Origin: Chiloscyllium plagiosum
Lineage: Eukaryota
Direction of reading: 5' to 3'
Length of the DNA: 64,000 bases
Assembly: GCF_004010195.1 (NCBI RefSeq)
Contig: NC_057720.1
Location: 32,982,290 to 33,046,289 of the forward strand
The notes under the pieces were generated by a model that worked only from the letters and a program-made list of their open reading frames with translations, did no database searches and was not told the origin of the DNA. The position numbers were made by a program, and so were the translations under genes. Positions 38,043-51,255 of this stretch are shown in pieces. Each line of letters opens with the position of its first letter. Position 1 is the stretch's first letter.

Positions 38043-38392
38043 GGGTGCCATGGTGGCAGATTGGTGGGCATTTCTGCCTCACAGCTCCAGGGACCCAGGT
38101 TCAATTCCAGCTTTGGATGACTGTCTGTCTGTATGGAGTTTGCATGTTCTCCCCATAGGTCCCCACTGGGTTCTTCAGTTTCCTTTCACAGTCCAAACAT
38201 GTGTAGATTAGGTCTATTAGCTTTGTTAAATTGGTCCATTGCTAAATTGGTCCATCGTGACCAGGCTAGATTGATTAGCCATGGAAAATGTGGGGTTACA
38301 GGGATAGAATGGATGGGATGCTCTTCGAAGGCTCAATATAGACTCCATGGACCAAATAACCTGTTATCTGAACTTAGGGATTCTATGTTCTA
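38043..38392 (+). mobile_element. Older HE1-like SINE
   Basis: Diverged tRNA head, tggagtttgcatgttctcccc core and attcta tail. Confidence 0.7.
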
Positions 38393-38804
38393 ATGAGCAG
38401 CAAGAGAACTTTTTATGTGAATTAGCATGCATTAACATCTTATAATTAGTTAATCTTGCCTCATTATTACACAGTTTTCCAATCTTTCTCAGACTGAATA
38501 GAAACTAGACAGTGACAAATCCCAACATGAAAGTCAGAGTGGTACCATGGGACTCCAGCTCACGACTTGCTGCTCCAGACCTCTGCCAACCAGCAACATC
38601 ACAGGGCACACTGCACTGGCAGAAACCAGTCATACCCCTTGTTCATGGGCCTTGGTATCCAACACAAAGCAGCCCCATCGCAACATCATTGCACTGGTTC
38701 TGCACTTCATTGCTACACTTGGGAGCACGCCAGCACTTTTCATTGTAATGCCAGGACACTTTCTGCGCAGGGACATGGATTGGAGCAGGATTCATCTCTG
38801 GGAT

Positions 38805-38935
38805 GCATCTGTTCTGAAGAAAGGTCAAAGGACCTGAAGTGATAATTCTGCTTTCTCTCCACAGATGCTGCCAGAGTAGCTGAGTTTTTACCAGTGATTT
38901 CTGATTTCCAGCATCCACAGTTCTTTGGTATTTTG
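38805..38935 (+). mobile_element. PLE-derived short insertion with degenerate hammerhead and 12-bp TSD
   Basis: ctgaaga-a-aggtc-aaag-gacct-gaag. TSD catctctgggat at 38793-38804 and 38936-38947. Confidence 0.7.
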
Positions 38936-40434
38936 CATCTCTGGGATCTTCACTTTCTGTCTTAGTATTCTGTCATACTGTGCCTACTTTAATGCACACA
39001 GCATATCTGCCTTGCCTTTTAGCACTCTGTCCCCTCAACCAGGACTTAAAAGCTCAGTATTTCTATCCTGATTTCCCTTTTAATGTGCACACAAAAAACC
39101 AGGCAGCACGCCGTGATTGTCAGCAGATCAGTCAAGGAGGTGGACACATTGCTGTACAGCACCATACTATGTAATTCTCACAATTGCACCATACGCTGGC
39201 AGTGCATGCAGCACAAACATTGCACTAGCCTCAAATGGTGACCTCCAAATTAAGGGGAGTAGTCCTCCTATCAAGGAATATATTGATAGACTTTATTTTG
39301 AAAGGAAATAATTATTTCATTTTTAATATCCCCTTCTTTAATTATAGCCTGTCTTTGAGGTTCACACTATATATCTTTAATGTTCTTAAGCATTGTAATA
39401 TGCTTCTGAGTATCTGTTGACAAACATTTATAACTTATAAAAATGATTAATTAACTATTCTGTAATAAATCTTCCATTGAATTGCAAAGCATTGATCATC
39501 TGCTTTGTGAATTAAATCAAAATGTACTGATAGCAGCTTTTGAGATCAACATTAAAAATGAAATGAAAAGTTTAGTTTTCAATTTCCATTATTTACATAA
39601 TTCTTTTTGCATCCTTTCTTTTTTTGTGTCCTCTTCCAACTTTCCATTCTGTATAAATACCTCAATCCAAATTATTTTGTATCACCCAAATTTCAGCAGA
39701 TATTGATGGAATTTTATTTCCAAAAGCAGCACATTATTTGCTTTCTGAACTATAACATCTGGATATGCTTTGCACTAGCAAATTGAGATTTCACTCCCAA
39801 ATGTTGATCATTGATTGTCATGAGGACAATTTAATTGTTGGTGCCCCTGTTATAGCTTCATGTGATGTATGTTGTAGCCCTTAATTTTAATACAGGAGGA
39901 AAAAGCCCAGGATCTGTCCTGGGTCTCTGCTGACTTAACCAATACTGGCAGGCTAGTCGTTAAAGCTTCACTTACCAAAATTCATTTATTTTTCAGAAAA
40001 AAGCAGCGCCAGTATGAGTGTGAGAGAGCTAAAGATGTGTTTGATTAAATATCAGCTGTAACCCTTTTTTCTTCTTACATAAACCTTTGAGAGTGAGACT
40101 GGAAGTGAGAATAGGAAACTTTTGCTGTTCTGCCCATTATGACATGTGAACATAAAATGCTGAGTTTAAAAACTCTACCCAAATTCTCGGACTCAATAAA
40201 ACAAGAGGTTGGTGGTGTCTGTCCAGTGGAATTCTACAGGGATCAGTGCTTGGAATGCAACTATTTACAACATATATTATTGACGTGGAGGAAGCAAATG
40301 TACTGTAACCAAATTTGCCAATGACACAAATATAGGTAGAAAGGCAAGTTTTGAGGGATACAAACAGTTTGTAGAGAGATATTGATAGGCTAATTAGGTG
40401 TGCAAAAATTAGGCAAATGGGGTACAGAGGTTGT

Positions 40435-40561
40435 CAACCACCTGATGATGGAGCGGCACTCTGAAAGCTCGTGCTTCCAATTAAATCTGTTGGACTATAA
40501 CCTGGCGTTGTATGATTTTTAACTTTGTACACCCCAGTCCAACACCTGCACTTCCAAATCA
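40435..40561 (+). ncRNA. Family B element with minimal hammerhead motif (40439-40473)
   Basis: cac-ctgatga-t-ggagc-ggc-actct-gaaa-gctc-gtg. Near-TSD ggRgtacagagg at 40419-40430 and 40562-40573. Confidence 0.75.
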
Positions 40562-40567
40562 GGAGTA

Positions 40568-41195
40568 CAGAGGAACCTTGATTATGGGCGGGCACAATTT
40601 CTTTCGGATAATTGATTATTCGGTTAATTGATTTCCTCTGGGGCTTGGAGTTTTCTGTGAAGTCTGTTCCCCGTTCTGGAGACTAGGCAGTAGCACATTG
40701 TGCATGAGCCGCAACACAACACCCGCCCCCCTAACCCTGTCCCCATCCCTTGCATGCCCCCAACTTGTCCGCCCCTCCCTGCCCCTCCAATCCCGCCTGC
40801 CCCCTCCAACTGTGCCCCCACAACCCCGTCCACCCCATCCACCGTCTGACCCCTGTTCATGGCCCCCCCAAGGACAGCAGACTGCTGCTGCGCCGCCTTT
40901 GTGGGGTAAATCTCCAAATAGTACGCACAAACACACAACTTTTTACTGCAACATTTTGCCAGGTTCCACCTCTGCCCTGAACAGGACAATGTTGGAGAGA
41001 TTATCTGGGGAAGCTGAGTTTAGGGTTCACCTCTATGTAGAGCTCCAGGGAAAGTGTGGGGGTGGAGGAGAGAAAAGGCAGGAGGTCAGTCATTTAGAGA
41101 CGGTGCCTGGACTGTCCAGTACTGTTCTCGGCAGCATTTCAGTGAACCAAGTTCGTTTTTAATCATTGTACCTGTAAACAAAAGACACGATTAGT
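40568..41195. mobile_element. Tigger/pogo-like non-autonomous DNA transposon fragment
   Basis: Starts ta|cagaggaaccttgattat, a pogo/Tigger-style terminus, with ttcggataattgatta-type subterminal repeats. The other terminus is not found. Confidence 0.45.
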
Positions 41196-41929
41196 CTGGA
41201 GGAATAACCAAAGAACAGAATGCAGCAAACATTTTATTAACCGACACCTATGACCAGGAGTATCATGATATTAACATTTCCTATGTTCATATATTGGTCA
41301 AATATGGACAGATATAAGTAAACTGAAACATTCAGTATGCTACTTGGTCTACACCAAGTACCAGGGAGAGTTTAAGCAACTAATAAATTGACCAACACCA
41401 AAATCAGTCAACTTTCTACATCAAGAATCCCACTAACAAAAGGCAGATCCTTGAATTAGGAAACAGCATCAAAGCTTAAAGCCATGACACAGGTGAAGTA
41501 TGTAACAAGGTAATAGAGTAGAAGTGAACGTCTGAAACTTATAGCTCAAAGTCCTTGATTTGTACTTCATCAAATTGTGCTTTAAGCTCAAATTTTGATA
41601 GACCTATTGGAAAAACGTGATCTGACTGTAAGTGATCTGATAGTTTGTATAAGGTTTACGAAATATTAGTACATGACACTCACATTTACAATGAAACTGC
41701 AAAGGAAACTAGATGAATAACAGCAATCGAAATCAGGAAGTGTCTCAAATGCAGGACAGAGGCTAAGGCTGACATAAGGAAGGCTATGTGGAAGCATGAG
41801 GAAAGTATGGTACGCTGCACTAAAACAAATAGCAAAATGTTCTTCAAACATAGTAAGAGATTCATGAAGAATAGGTTGGGGCCCACAAAGAACAAGCAGG
41901 TAAGCTGCTCAAAATTTATATAAATAATT

Positions 41930-43160
41930 TGCCGATGGGAAAAATCTCTAAATTTGCAAGTGATGCTAAGCCAGGGAGAATAGTGAATTGTGATGATGAT
42001 GCTGAGCAACTTCAGAGAGACATTGATAAGTTGGCAGACTCCTGGAAGATGAATTTCAATGTAGAAAAATGTGAGGTAATACATTTTGGTAGAGGACAAT
42101 ACACGAGGCTCAGTGGTACTACTTTGAGGGGAGTACTGGCGGCATGGTGGCTCAGTGGTTAGCACTGTTGCCTCACATTGCCAGGGGCCCAGGTTTGATT
42201 CCAGCCGCGGGCGACTGTCTGTGTGGATTTTGCACATTCTCCCCGTGTCCGTGTGAGTTTCCTCCTGGTGCTCTGGTTTCCTCCCACAATCCAAAGATGC
42301 GCAGGTTACATGAATTTGTCATGCTAAATTTCCCATAGTCAGGGAAATTTAGCATGACAAATTCATGTAACCTGCGCATTAGTGCATTAGTCAGGGATAA
42401 ATGCAGAGTAATAGGGTAGGGGAATGGGTCTAGATAGGTTACTCTTCGGAGGGTCTGTGTGGACTTGTTGGGCCGAAGGGCCTGTTTCCACACTGTAGGG
42501 ATTCTATTCTTCTAAGAATTACATGCATAATTCTCTGAAGGTGACCAGACAAGTTGAAACAGTTGCTAGAAGGCTTATAGCATCCTTGGGTTTATAGAGT
42601 ATTAAAGTAAGGAAGTGATGCTAGACATTTAGAAATCATCAGTCAGACTACATTTGGAGTATGGCATTAGTTCTGTGCATCTTACTGAAGGAAGGATGAG
42701 CCCCGGAGGGAGTACAAATGAGATTTACTCAAATGATACAGGGAATAAAGGATTTTACATACAGAAAAGAAAGAGAGAAATTGGGCTTATTCTCCTTGGA
42801 GCCAAGAAGAATAGGAGGTGACTTTTATGGAGGTGTTCAAAAACCTGAACAATTTTGACAGGGTAAAGAAGGATGTCAGTTTCCACTAATTGGTATATCA
42901 AGACCAGGAGTCACAATTTCAAGATTGTCAGCAAGAGAGCTAGGAGTGAGGGGAGGAGAAATCTCTTCACTCAGAATTGTTAGGATTTGGAATGTACTGA
43001 CTGGGAGAGTGGTGAAAGTGGATCTTTTTGGAGGTTTCTCAAGAGAGCTGGATGTACAATTGAAAATTATGAATTTACAGACCTACAGCTGAAGAATGGG
43101 ACTATCTGAGGAGCTCTTCTGGGAGCCAGGTCGAATGCCTTATGTACTGTAAAATTCTAT
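41930..43160 (+). mobile_element. CR1 3' fragment with nested HE1-like SINE
   Basis: ISKFASDAK...LQRDIDKLADSWKMNFNVEKCEVIHFGR. Confidence 0.8.
42138..42514 (+). mobile_element. HE1-like SINE with internal inverted duplication
   Basis: Head, core and tail as in the other copies, plus a 38-bp perfect inverted repeat at 42297-42379. Confidence 0.85.
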
Positions 43161-43617
43161 GACTTTTGATAAAATCCTTTGGAGGTCATTTAGAAAGGCT
43201 ATGTTCCTAATGAGATACAAGATGAAGACTTGGAACTAACAACAATGGTAATCATGCACACAAGGTTAAAAATTGTCTTCTGTGCAAAACAAGTTGTCCC
43301 GAGGTTTTAGTCTGAAATGCTAAATGTGGCAAAAAAAAAGATTTGTCAGCCTAGAAATATACAACGTGAAACTAAAGAATACAGAAATTTGTCATAGAAA
43401 ATTTACCATCATTGCATGGAGATTTCTGGAGATGACAGTATGGAAGAATAAGTGCTTTGTTTCTGAGCGGTTTTTTATTCATGTTTTGTTATAATCCTTG
43501 ATATTGTACTTCATCCTTCTATTCTCTGCTGATGGGGACACATTCCTCAATGTTTCAATTCCTAGGTTACAGTGCACATTGCTTGACAATGCAATGATTG
43601 AAATGCCTCATCACTGA

Positions 43618-43821
<204 letters not shown>

Positions 43822-46800
43822 TAGTGCTGCATCACATGGTGTAAGTGACTCTTAGTTTTCCAAACCCACAAAGTGAAAACATATCAAAGTTCGGAACCTT
43901 TTGAATTTTTTTTATTTCATTTGAATATTGTCATTTTACTTGAATAATACCATAGGAGTGAAGATGCCTGGAAACAAATTAGAAGGTTATTTCTCATCGA
44001 GATCTTGGTTAACATCGTAGTGGTAAATTTCAAATGTTTTATTAACCTTGGAGTGAAATGCATGCAAGTTCCTCAGCCTGACTCACTTAGTCATATTTTT
44101 GTTGCAATTTACTTTCAGGTTGTTTATTTGATGGCCTTGTTCATTTTTGGAATAATTACAGAGCAATCCTGTTGAGGTTATGTTCGTCATGAAATATTGT
44201 TGGACCTCAACAAAGATTTTCCTTTTCTGAGCAGATTACTGCAAATGCTTGAATCTGAAATGAAAACAAAAAATCCTGGAGATCACAGTGAGTCACATCT
44301 ATAGAGAGAAAACAAGCTGATGTTTCAAGTCGGGGTGCTTTCTCTCCATGGATGCTGCTTGACCCACTGTGATCGCAACGCTTTTCCTTTAGTTGGGTTG
44401 GGTGTTGGAATTTTATATAGAAACTGTAAGTTACAATCCATGCATATCAGTTATTCAAGGAATTACATAACAGCCTTGTAACTTGATCACAAATGTAGTT
44501 TTAGCAACAAAGAAGTAACTACAATTAGATCTGAAAATTGATTACTTCAATTTAAACAAAAGGAATTGAGTAGTTATATAAAAGGATTACAGTACATTAC
44601 TTAACCTTGAAAATATCTCATCATTGAAATAATGGTTAGTAGGAAAAGTAATTAATGTGAAGTAGACAGAAATCATTTACTGTACAGTAGAATTTCCTAT
44701 TGTCAGTCCTGTTATAAAATGCATTGGGTGAAAGTTTGAAGTTTGTTAACTAGCATAATCAATAAAACCTGAGCAGGTAACCAAAGTAACCTTTACAAAT
44801 TTCTAATAGTGAACATGGATTCTAACTAAGTGTCTTTTTTTTCTTTCAATCCATTCATTCTACTTTTTTTTTGTTATTAAATTGAATTGGAAGAAATATT
44901 GAGGCCACTGCTGAAGAATCTCAGTTTCTATCTATTTAAAATATGGAGGGTCCCATCCACTGTGCATGTACATTCAGGTTCTTTCAGTAGTAAAATGTGC
45001 TTACTGCAATTTTTTAAGGTACAATTGTCATGCAAATTGTCAATTCCTTATTTTGTGATGGTAATTTATTGCCAGCAAAGGCTTAAGTGACATGTTAGTT
45101 GAAATTATGTAAACTGACCATCTTAGCAATAGAAAATGAGCCATTTGATCTTTAAAAAGTCTAACATAATTTTTGATCGTAAATTGTGAGCCATAATCCA
45201 AAAGACATTCAATGATGACATGGAACATTTTTGGCTTACATAGAATTTTACAGAGCGGAAACACACTATTCACTGCAACCAGTCTATGCCAGTGTTCATA
45301 CTCCACACAATCTCAGCAAAAAACCCATATCATTCACATATTATTATGACTGGGTTTCAGATGGCTAGAATCATTGTTTGCAGAACTATTGATGCCGATG
45401 CCAAAAATAAATAGTTTCAATGGCCTGAAAGAAATAGGATGATTGCAAGTACCGTGAAGTCAAGATCAGAAGATTATATCTCAAGTGGAGCTGTGTAACC
45501 AGAGAAAATGCTGACTGCAATGGAAAGCAGAATGGTTTTCATCGTTAATATTTAAAGGACCGGTTGGCTAATTATTTGGGTAAGTTAAGTTTTAAAAATC
45601 TGTTTATGTATATTGTTTTTTAAATTGATTTTTTACTCCTTATAATGATGAGCTATTTCAATATGGATGCCAATTTTACTTAAATAATTTATTATACCTT
45701 AAACACTGTAAAATGTCCATTCTTGAATCTGCACTAGAGACAGTTGCTGCTCAGTCTTATGAGACATGCTTCTAAAATAACTTGTCCTCTGATAAAGCAT
45801 TGTACAAAGTAATTCATAATTTCTGCATTTTGATTACAACAGATTCTTTGATGTCTACTTCAGTGATAGATGGAAACAACGATATGCTTGAAAAGGAAGG
45901 CACTTCAGAAGATTTGGGGATGACATCTACCAACACTAGCAAGACATGAGGAGAATAGAATTGGCATTCAAGGAGGCCAACCAATAAAAGGCTGAGGTCA
46001 TCCACAGAATCACTTAAAACTCATTAATATCTCTGATATCAGCAATCTGGGTCAGAAAATGTTCAGTCAACCCAACCCAAATCTAGCAGGAAGTGAACTG
46101 GGGTGGGGCAATTTGTTCTAAAGAAGTTAAATATATTGGTGTGCAGTTTCCTTTGCACAGACTGCATGACATAATCTTAAAACACTTAGACACCAAGGTT
46201 GACAAGAATGGCAGTCTGCATCATCATCTCTTCACACAAGAAAGAAACCACGAGAAAATGTTAATGCTGTAGTTGCAGCTTGTCGCTCCATCTAGATTCC
46301 AGCAGGCAGCATCATATTTAACCGGCTCTACTTTAGTCATAATTCTCCCAGCCAAGAGAGAACACTCTCAACCTGTGTTCTTATACGTGGGTGTACATCT
46401 CTACTACTTTGTGATGGAATCCATTGATAGCATACATACTGTTATGTGCATTGAATCCATATGACGCAGTCAGATTAAAATGCTCAATATTTGGGTTGTT
46501 ACATCAGGACCAGAATCATTATCACAGAATATTAGTGATAGAAACAGCCAACTGGGAGTACGTGTGATGTATGGACAGACGTGGCCAAGATAGTCCATCA
46601 GTGTTTAGTTTTTGATGATTTTGAAATGATCAGCAGCTTCAATTTCAGAAGTTTGCAGAATAATGTGATCCGTTTAATATAATTCCTGTGTATGTAAAGC
46701 TTGGTTTGCAAGAAATTATAAAGTTGCTGTATACCGTTCGCGTACTTAAATTTGAATGTACTTCTGAATTAATTTGCACAATACAATGTAATTGTAGTGA

Positions 46801-47579
46801 CAGTTTAATAAATGTTATTTATACTGCCTGGATTGCATGAATGTGCTGGGTTCTTGAATGACTCACCGTCGATTTCTGTTAAGGGTTAATGTGTCAAAAA
46901 GTGAAAGTTGAGAGTTCTAACACATTCACGGAACAACACATGACTTATAGAATATTGGTTTTAAAAGATATTCTGTAATGGAAAACAAATATTACAACAT
47001 TTCTAGGAACTTCTTGACCTAAAGATAGCTTCAGTTACCAGTAGCTATTATAATACATCAGAAGAAGTAATATACCAGCAAATCAAAAGATTGAGCAATC
47101 TAATGTGATTGTGACATCCTGGGATCTCTTCATTTAAATGGTCTTGCAGAAGATAGGCAGGCAAACAGGAAAAAAAAGTCCAACTTCTGAAAGATTAATT
47201 CACCTATTGTAATTAACTTAATTTGCTGCTTCAGTCTGTGCTAATCTATTAAAATTGGAGTTAAATTGCAAGCAGGGAATAGATTTGTAATTACTTTAAC
47301 TATTACCAATACTGTAAGGTAATTATTTAGTTGTATTGCACCAGATGATGTCAGCAGTAATTGTTTAACCTAAGAAAGCTTAAGTGATCATCTGATCTTA
47401 ATCTAGTTTGACCATTTCCTTTCGACTATCCAGCTCTATAATTTCAACAAATTTTAATCTTAATATTTTCTGGATTGACTATTGCAAATACCTTGCAGAA
47501 TATAACATCAAGAATGTTGCACTTGATCATTTTTATGGCTGTTTTAAAATAAGTATTAGAAAAAAAGCTAAGAGTGAGA

Positions 47580-48715
47580 CAAGAGTATGCATTAGATTGT
47601 GAGAAAAAAAGGCTGGAGAAGTAGTAATGGGTATCAAAGTCAGAGGGACTGAATAGGTACTTTGTATCAGTCTGCATGGTAGAAGACGCCAGTAGCATAC
47701 CAGAACTTCGAGAGTCAGGGGGCAGAGGTGAGTGTAAGGCTATCATTAAGGTGAAGGTGCTAGGAAAACTGAAAGGTATGAAGATGGACAAATCACCTGG
47801 TTCAGATGGACTACATTCTAAAGTTCAGAATGTGATAACTGAGGAGGCAAGTAGTGATCTTTCAGGAATCACTGGAGTAGGAGCTAATTTAACACCTCTG
47901 TTTAAGAAGGGAGAAAAGCAGAAGATAGGAAATTGTAAGCCAGCTAGCCTGACCTCTGTCATTGCTAAGATTTTAGAGTCTATTATTAAAGATGAAATTG
48001 CAGAGTATTTGGAAGTGCATGATAAAATAGGGCTGAGTCAGCACTGCTTTGTCAAGGGGAGGTCATACCTGAAACATCTCTTAGGAAGGCAAATGCACTG
48101 TTATCATTCATTTTGAGAAGATCAGAATTCAAGAACAAGGATGTACTTTTGAGACTATGTGGTTAGACTGCATTTGGAATATTGTGAGCAGTTTTGGACC
48201 CTGTATCTAAAGAAAGATGTGCTATTATTGGAGGGTGTTCAGCGGACATTTACAAGAAGGATTCCAGAGATGAAGGGCCTGTTGCAAGAGAAGCAATTGA
48301 GGACTCTGAGTCTGTACTCAATGGAGTTTAGAAGGATGAGTGAGGAATCTCATTGAAACTTACAGAATACAGAGAGGCCTGAATAGAGTGGAGAATGTGT
48401 TTCCACTAGTAGGAGAGACTAGGACCTGACAGGATAGCCTCAGAGTGAAAGGACAACTGTTTACAACTGAGATGAGCAGGAATTTCTTCAGCCAGAGGGT
48501 GGTGAATGTGTGGAATTCATTGTTGCAGAAGTCTTCGGAGGCTAAGTCATTGAGTGAATTTATAGATTGAGATAGGTTCTTGATAGTAGGGGATCAAGGG
48601 TTATGGGGAACAGGAAGGAGAATAGGGTTGAGAAACATATTAACCATAATCAAATGGTGGAACAGACTTGATGGACCGAATGGCCTAATTCAGACATATA
48701 TCCCCTTATGGTCTG
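47580..48715 (+). mobile_element. CR1 ORF2 fragment with internal deletions
   Basis: KSPGSDGLH, PLFKKG, SLTSVIAKILESIIKD and VRLHLEYCEQFW motifs. Confidence 0.85.
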
Positions 48716-51230
48716 ATTCATGTTTTAAGAGTTAATGCCTATTCAAAAAGTATGAACGTACAAAAAATAATGCAAAGTTGTGGAATAAATGGATAATCAT
48801 TTGTGTGATTGCTTGACTTCGACAGAAAACAAAGGAGACAATAATTCTGAGAAAATATTATCACTATAACGTAACTTGTACATAGACTTCCTCTTGGTTG
48901 AATAAAAGTGCCAAGCCTTGACCTTGGAATCCTTTATCTGACAATTACAAAATCAGCTTCACTTATAGCTCTGTCGTGGAAATCAATAAACAGATAATCT
49001 TGGTTGTCACCAAGTTAGATTCAATGCTTTTATTTTAAAAGTCTCCAAATAGACTGTAATGTGCCCAGGTGAAAAGGAGTGTTGACAAATGAAAATTGGA
49101 GACCGAAGTCCTATTCCAAGAAAAGAATGAGCTTGGGATGATATTTCAACGTGGCGACACAACATAGAAGCCCTGAATTTACTGTATATTGTTGTATAGC
49201 CTTTTTTTAAAAGGGTTTATGCAAATCAAAGAGAAGAATGTCATTGAAAGGGAGTAGAAATTCTCTTCAGCTTTTGTCAACTTGTATCGGCATTAAAGTC
49301 AGATAAAACACAGACAGCTATACAGGAAAGCTCAAACAAAAACAATAATTGCTGGAAAGGCTCAGCAGGTATGGCAGCATCTGTGGAGAGAAGGCAGAGT
49401 GAATGTTTCAGGCCCAGTTGGCCTTTTTCTCAGAATACAGGAAAGCCACCTTTTACACAGTCCCAGCAACAAAAAATCAGCATGCGGTATACTGTCCTGA
49501 TTTTTCTCCCACTTATAAATTAATTCTACTTTTAAGGAAATAATTGACAATTTTGTACTGTTCATATGGATCAGATTTGGATTGAGTTGGCTAATCTAAT
49601 TGCACGTGGGAAAAAGATGAGAATACATACTTCTAACATAGTATAAAGCCAAATGTCTTTGATAGAAACTGCTATCAAATCCTATTAGTCCTTCAAGGTT
49701 ATGGAAAAGTTAAAGCATTACTTCAAGTTAAGTACCAACCAGTTAAGGTGCTGACCTGTAGAGTTAACCTCTTGTTTAAAGTATCTAAAACAAAATAAAA
49801 TTCAGTCTCTTTATGACCAAAGTCAGCATTTTGTTTCTACAGATCTAATTTATACTGTATGTATCTTGCTTTACAACTCTTATGACTAAATTTCTGTGCT
49901 TTAATTTTCTAATATGTTACTTCATATTGCTGCACCACTGTCCCATTTGGCTTTCTAAGGCACACAATTGTTAATATGCTTGACGATTGCATTGCATTCC
50001 CCCTTCTTCATTAAACTGTTTTGCATTGATTTAAAAGTTGCTGTCTTCTAAATATAGTAAATATTTTTCTACTGTATGAACTTTCCTGACACAAGCCATT
50101 AACGTGCAGTGAACGTTGCTATTGTTAAAGACTTGGGCTTATATATTCAGATGCTGAATTGCAAATCTCTTTATGGTCATGGAATGAGGCACAAACTAGA
50201 AAGTGAAGGCTTATTGTTTTTTTTTCTTCATTTACTCCCTTAGGAAAACTACAAGTAAGTAACAACAGACTATTATTCGCATCTACTAGTGATTATTGAA
50301 CCATATTTATAGAAGTCAGTTTTTTTGTTCTTTATTTTGGAGAATTGGGAGGATAACCAAAAATTATGAAGTTAGCAGAATTTTCAATCTAGAATCCATT
50401 TTTTTAATGGAATGCTTCATTTATAAGGTGCGTATTCAGATTTCAGGATGTTTCGAACCAATTAAGAACTTTTGAAGTGTATTCTCTATTGTAATATAGG
50501 AAGCGCAGAAGTGTTCAATATTCAGTAAAGCACAAATTGTGGAATCATTAGTATTGGCAGAGAGTGGTGATTGTAACAACATTGCCATTTCTTCTCAGCA
50601 AGATTTCTCTGTCATACCATAGTTCCCTTACTTTAATCACTATTTAACGAAAGAAGGATGAAGAAAATGGTATATAATGTTAATGCATTTTGGAATCTAT
50701 ATTACCTGTTCACAGTCAAGTCAGTGAGTTAACAATTTTCTTCCTATTACAATGTAAAAATAGTATAAATTTATAAATGATAGTAAAATTATATATCTCT
50801 TGATTTGTGATTTCTAATATTATGCTTGTGATTAAGTAGAACTATCTTTATTGGGTGGAATCTCATAAGACCCTGAAAAATGTGAGCTTTGACAAGAAAT
50901 CTGGGAAAATCGCATGAGAAGTGCATCAAGGCCTTTCTTTATGTCAGGAGCAACATGTTGCATATTCAAAGAGTTCCAAAAGTTAAAACAAGATTCTTGA
51001 TGGGAAGTGTTCAGAGGACTGTTAACAGGGACTATTGCTTATTATCATACTAATTAACTACAAATCTTGACTTGTTAACATGCAGCTTCCTATCATACTG
51101 CAGGTCTAATAGAAACTAGACACCGAGAATCTCCGAGACAAAGGTCTGAGCAGCTAGCTGGAGGCTCCAGCTGGTTGCTCTGAACTGTCATTTGGGACAC
51201 TTGTTTCAGGGCACTCTCTCAGGCACTGGC

Positions 51231-51255
51231 CACACACACACACACACACACACAC
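51231..51255. repeat. (CA)12 microsatellite
   Basis: Direct reading. Confidence 0.95.

Noticed and set aside
40698..41162. 154-aa proline-rich ORF
   Set aside because: C-rich low-complexity interior of a repeat, with no domain or splice support.
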